Below, piece after piece: positions 62,958 to 64,000 of a stretch of DNA of 64,000 bases. A program made the translations under genes and the position numbers. Source of the stretch: Methanomassiliicoccaceae archaeon (GTDB lineage: Archaea; Thermoplasmatota; Thermoplasmata; Methanomassiliicoccales; UBA472); assembly GCA_963827905.1 (NCBI GenBank), contig CAWHCB010000003.1, positions 3,005-67,004 on the forward strand. Reading direction: 5' to 3'. How positions within the stretch are numbered: the first letter of the stretch is position 1; every line of letters starts with the position of its first letter. The notes under the pieces were generated by a model. That model was not told the DNA's origin, made no database searches, and saw only the letters and a list, made by a program, of their open reading frames with translations.

Positions 62958-64000
62958 CTACCAAATGCCCTTATCGACCTCGACGTCAGTGACCAAGGCC
63001 CTTCCGTACGCCTTCTGGAACGCCTTGCCGTCCGCCTCGACCCCCCAGCATTCCAGTTGGCACTCTCCCTTGGAAAGGATGCGGAGCACCGCCCGTTCCT
63101 TGGTGGCACGTATGAAGCCGGTGCCCTCCACCATGCCCACGTGGCTGCGGTCCAGGCTCTCGGCGATGCGCAGCAGCGCGGAAAGCTGGGAGATGGTCTC
63201 CTGGGCCTGATGGTCCAGACCGTCCATCTCCGGGTCGTTCCTCCTTGGCACCTTCTTGCGGTGGAACTTGGCGATGTTGGCGATGATGGCGGTCTCCTTC
63301 TGGTCGAAGCCTAAAAGCTCGGAGTTGATGATGATGTAATAGGAGTGGAGGTGATGGTTGTTGAAGGAGATGAAATCGCCGATGTCGTGCAGGAAGGCCG
63401 CGTACGAGAGCATCTCCCTCTCCCAGCCCCCATAGCCATGGAGCTTCACCATACGGGCGGAATCGAAGAGCTGCAGGGCCAGGCGTTGCACGATGCCAGC
63501 ATGGTCCTCGTCCATGTCGCAGCTGCGGGCCAGTTGCAGCACGCTCCGCTCTCTGACGTTCACCGTGTCCGAGTCCGGCAGCAGACCGATGTCCCCCAGG
63601 TACTCCACGAAGAGCCCGTCCCTCAACCCTCGCTCGCTCACCAGCACCTCATTGATGCCGAGCTCGTCCATCAGCGTCTCCAGCGTGGCCGCCCCTCCGA
63701 TGATGATGTCCGCCCTCTCCGGGTTTATTCCGGGCACGGCCCGCCGCTTCTCCAGGCTCAGCGAGCGGAGGTGGGCGGAGAGCTTCTTGAGGTGGGTGCG
63801 ACGCAGACGGAGCGGTTGCGTCTCATCGAGGTCGAACATCTGGACGGCTATCTGGGCCAGGTTGATGGCCGTGCCTGAGGATGCCACCGTGACCGAGATC
63901 TTGTGGTCGGCCACCTCCTTCTTGGTGCGGATGATGGCGGCCCGGACGTACTTGCGCATCTTGTCATACATGGCATCGGGTATCGGTCCCGTGTGCCCCT
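62958..64000 (-). CDS. Ppx/GppA exopolyphosphatase with HD domain (5' end outside window)
   Basis: SSGT, GINPERADIIIGG, VSERGLRDG, AAFLHDIG, HHLHSYYII, LRIAESLDRSH. Confidence 0.92.
   Translation of the reverse strand, partial: GHTGPIPDAMYDKMRKYVRAAIIRTKKEVADHKISVTVASSGTAINLAQIAVQMFDLDETQPLRLRRTHLKKLSAHLRSLSLEKRRAVPGINPERADIIIGGAATLETLMDELGINEVLVSERGLRDGLFVEYLGDIGLLPDSDTVNVRERSVLQLARSCDMDEDHAGIVQRLALQLFDSARMVKLHGYGGWEREMLSYAAFLHDIGDFISFNNHHLHSYYIIINSELLGFDQKETAIIANIAKFHRKKVPRRNDPEMDGLDHQAQETISQLSALLRIAESLDRSHVGMVEGTGFIRATKERAVLRILSKGECQLECWGVEADGKAFQKAYGRALVTDVEVDKGIW

Noticed and set aside
24798-63878. Many long antisense or alternate-frame ORFs (e.g. 30749-32758 minus, 37672-38973 plus, 25524-26438 minus)
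   Set aside because: They shadow well-supported genes and arise from high GC3 codon bias; no recognisable motifs.
1-64000. Genome-wide reassignment of TAG to pyrrolysine
   Set aside because: Several conserved genes end at TAG at the expected length (Trm112-like, nucleotide-sugar dehydrogenase, scpB); only one internal TAG in an otherwise intact gene was noticed.
1-64000. CRISPR array, IS element, integrase or provirus
   Set aside because: No regularly spaced repeats, transposase or recombinase motifs, or capsid-like genes were seen.

Overview
Archaeal chromosomal DNA, most consistent with Thermoplasmata/Methanomassiliicoccales. The basis is carS, Nop5, fibrillarin, aIF-5A, LSm, Kae1, archaeal uS15, smc-scpA-scpB, a DUF6015-like protein, an HTH-V4R regulator and GC-rich coding DNA with TATA-type promoters. 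Many genes, including housekeeping ones, are broken by single-base indels, densest in the first ~23 kb. This most likely reflects unpolished long-read error, so most split ORFs are merged here into single genes with approximate boundaries. Content in order: pdxS and aspC; a lower-GC glycosylation block (~1.9-7.8 kb) containing a threonine aldolase; serC-like and serA (serA has an in-frame TAG); wecB; XPD-carS-pyrE-UDG; a second glycosylation block (WbpD/E/B-like, GT2, GT4, flippase) containing a membrane-anchored ferrochelatase-fold protein; smc-scpA-scpB plus a coupled small ORF; LSm; an ABC importer with two ATPases and no binding protein; DUF47; two phosphohexomutases; M32 carboxypeptidase; mtnA-aldolase-nop5-eIF5A; an accessory patch next to tRNA-Val(GAC); kae1, RecJ-like DHH, rps15, fibrillarin; an uncharacterised wHTH three-gene operon; IMPase, NAD kinase, JAMM; glmM-glmU; a small basic protein with a palindrome-rich promoter; and a partial Ppx/GppA. 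The strongest candidate for an undescribed system is a translationally coupled pair at 54231-57762: a rifampin-phosphotransferase/PigC-architecture enzyme plus an AttH/tocopherol-cyclase-like partner. No CRISPR array, rRNA, integrase or transposase was seen.
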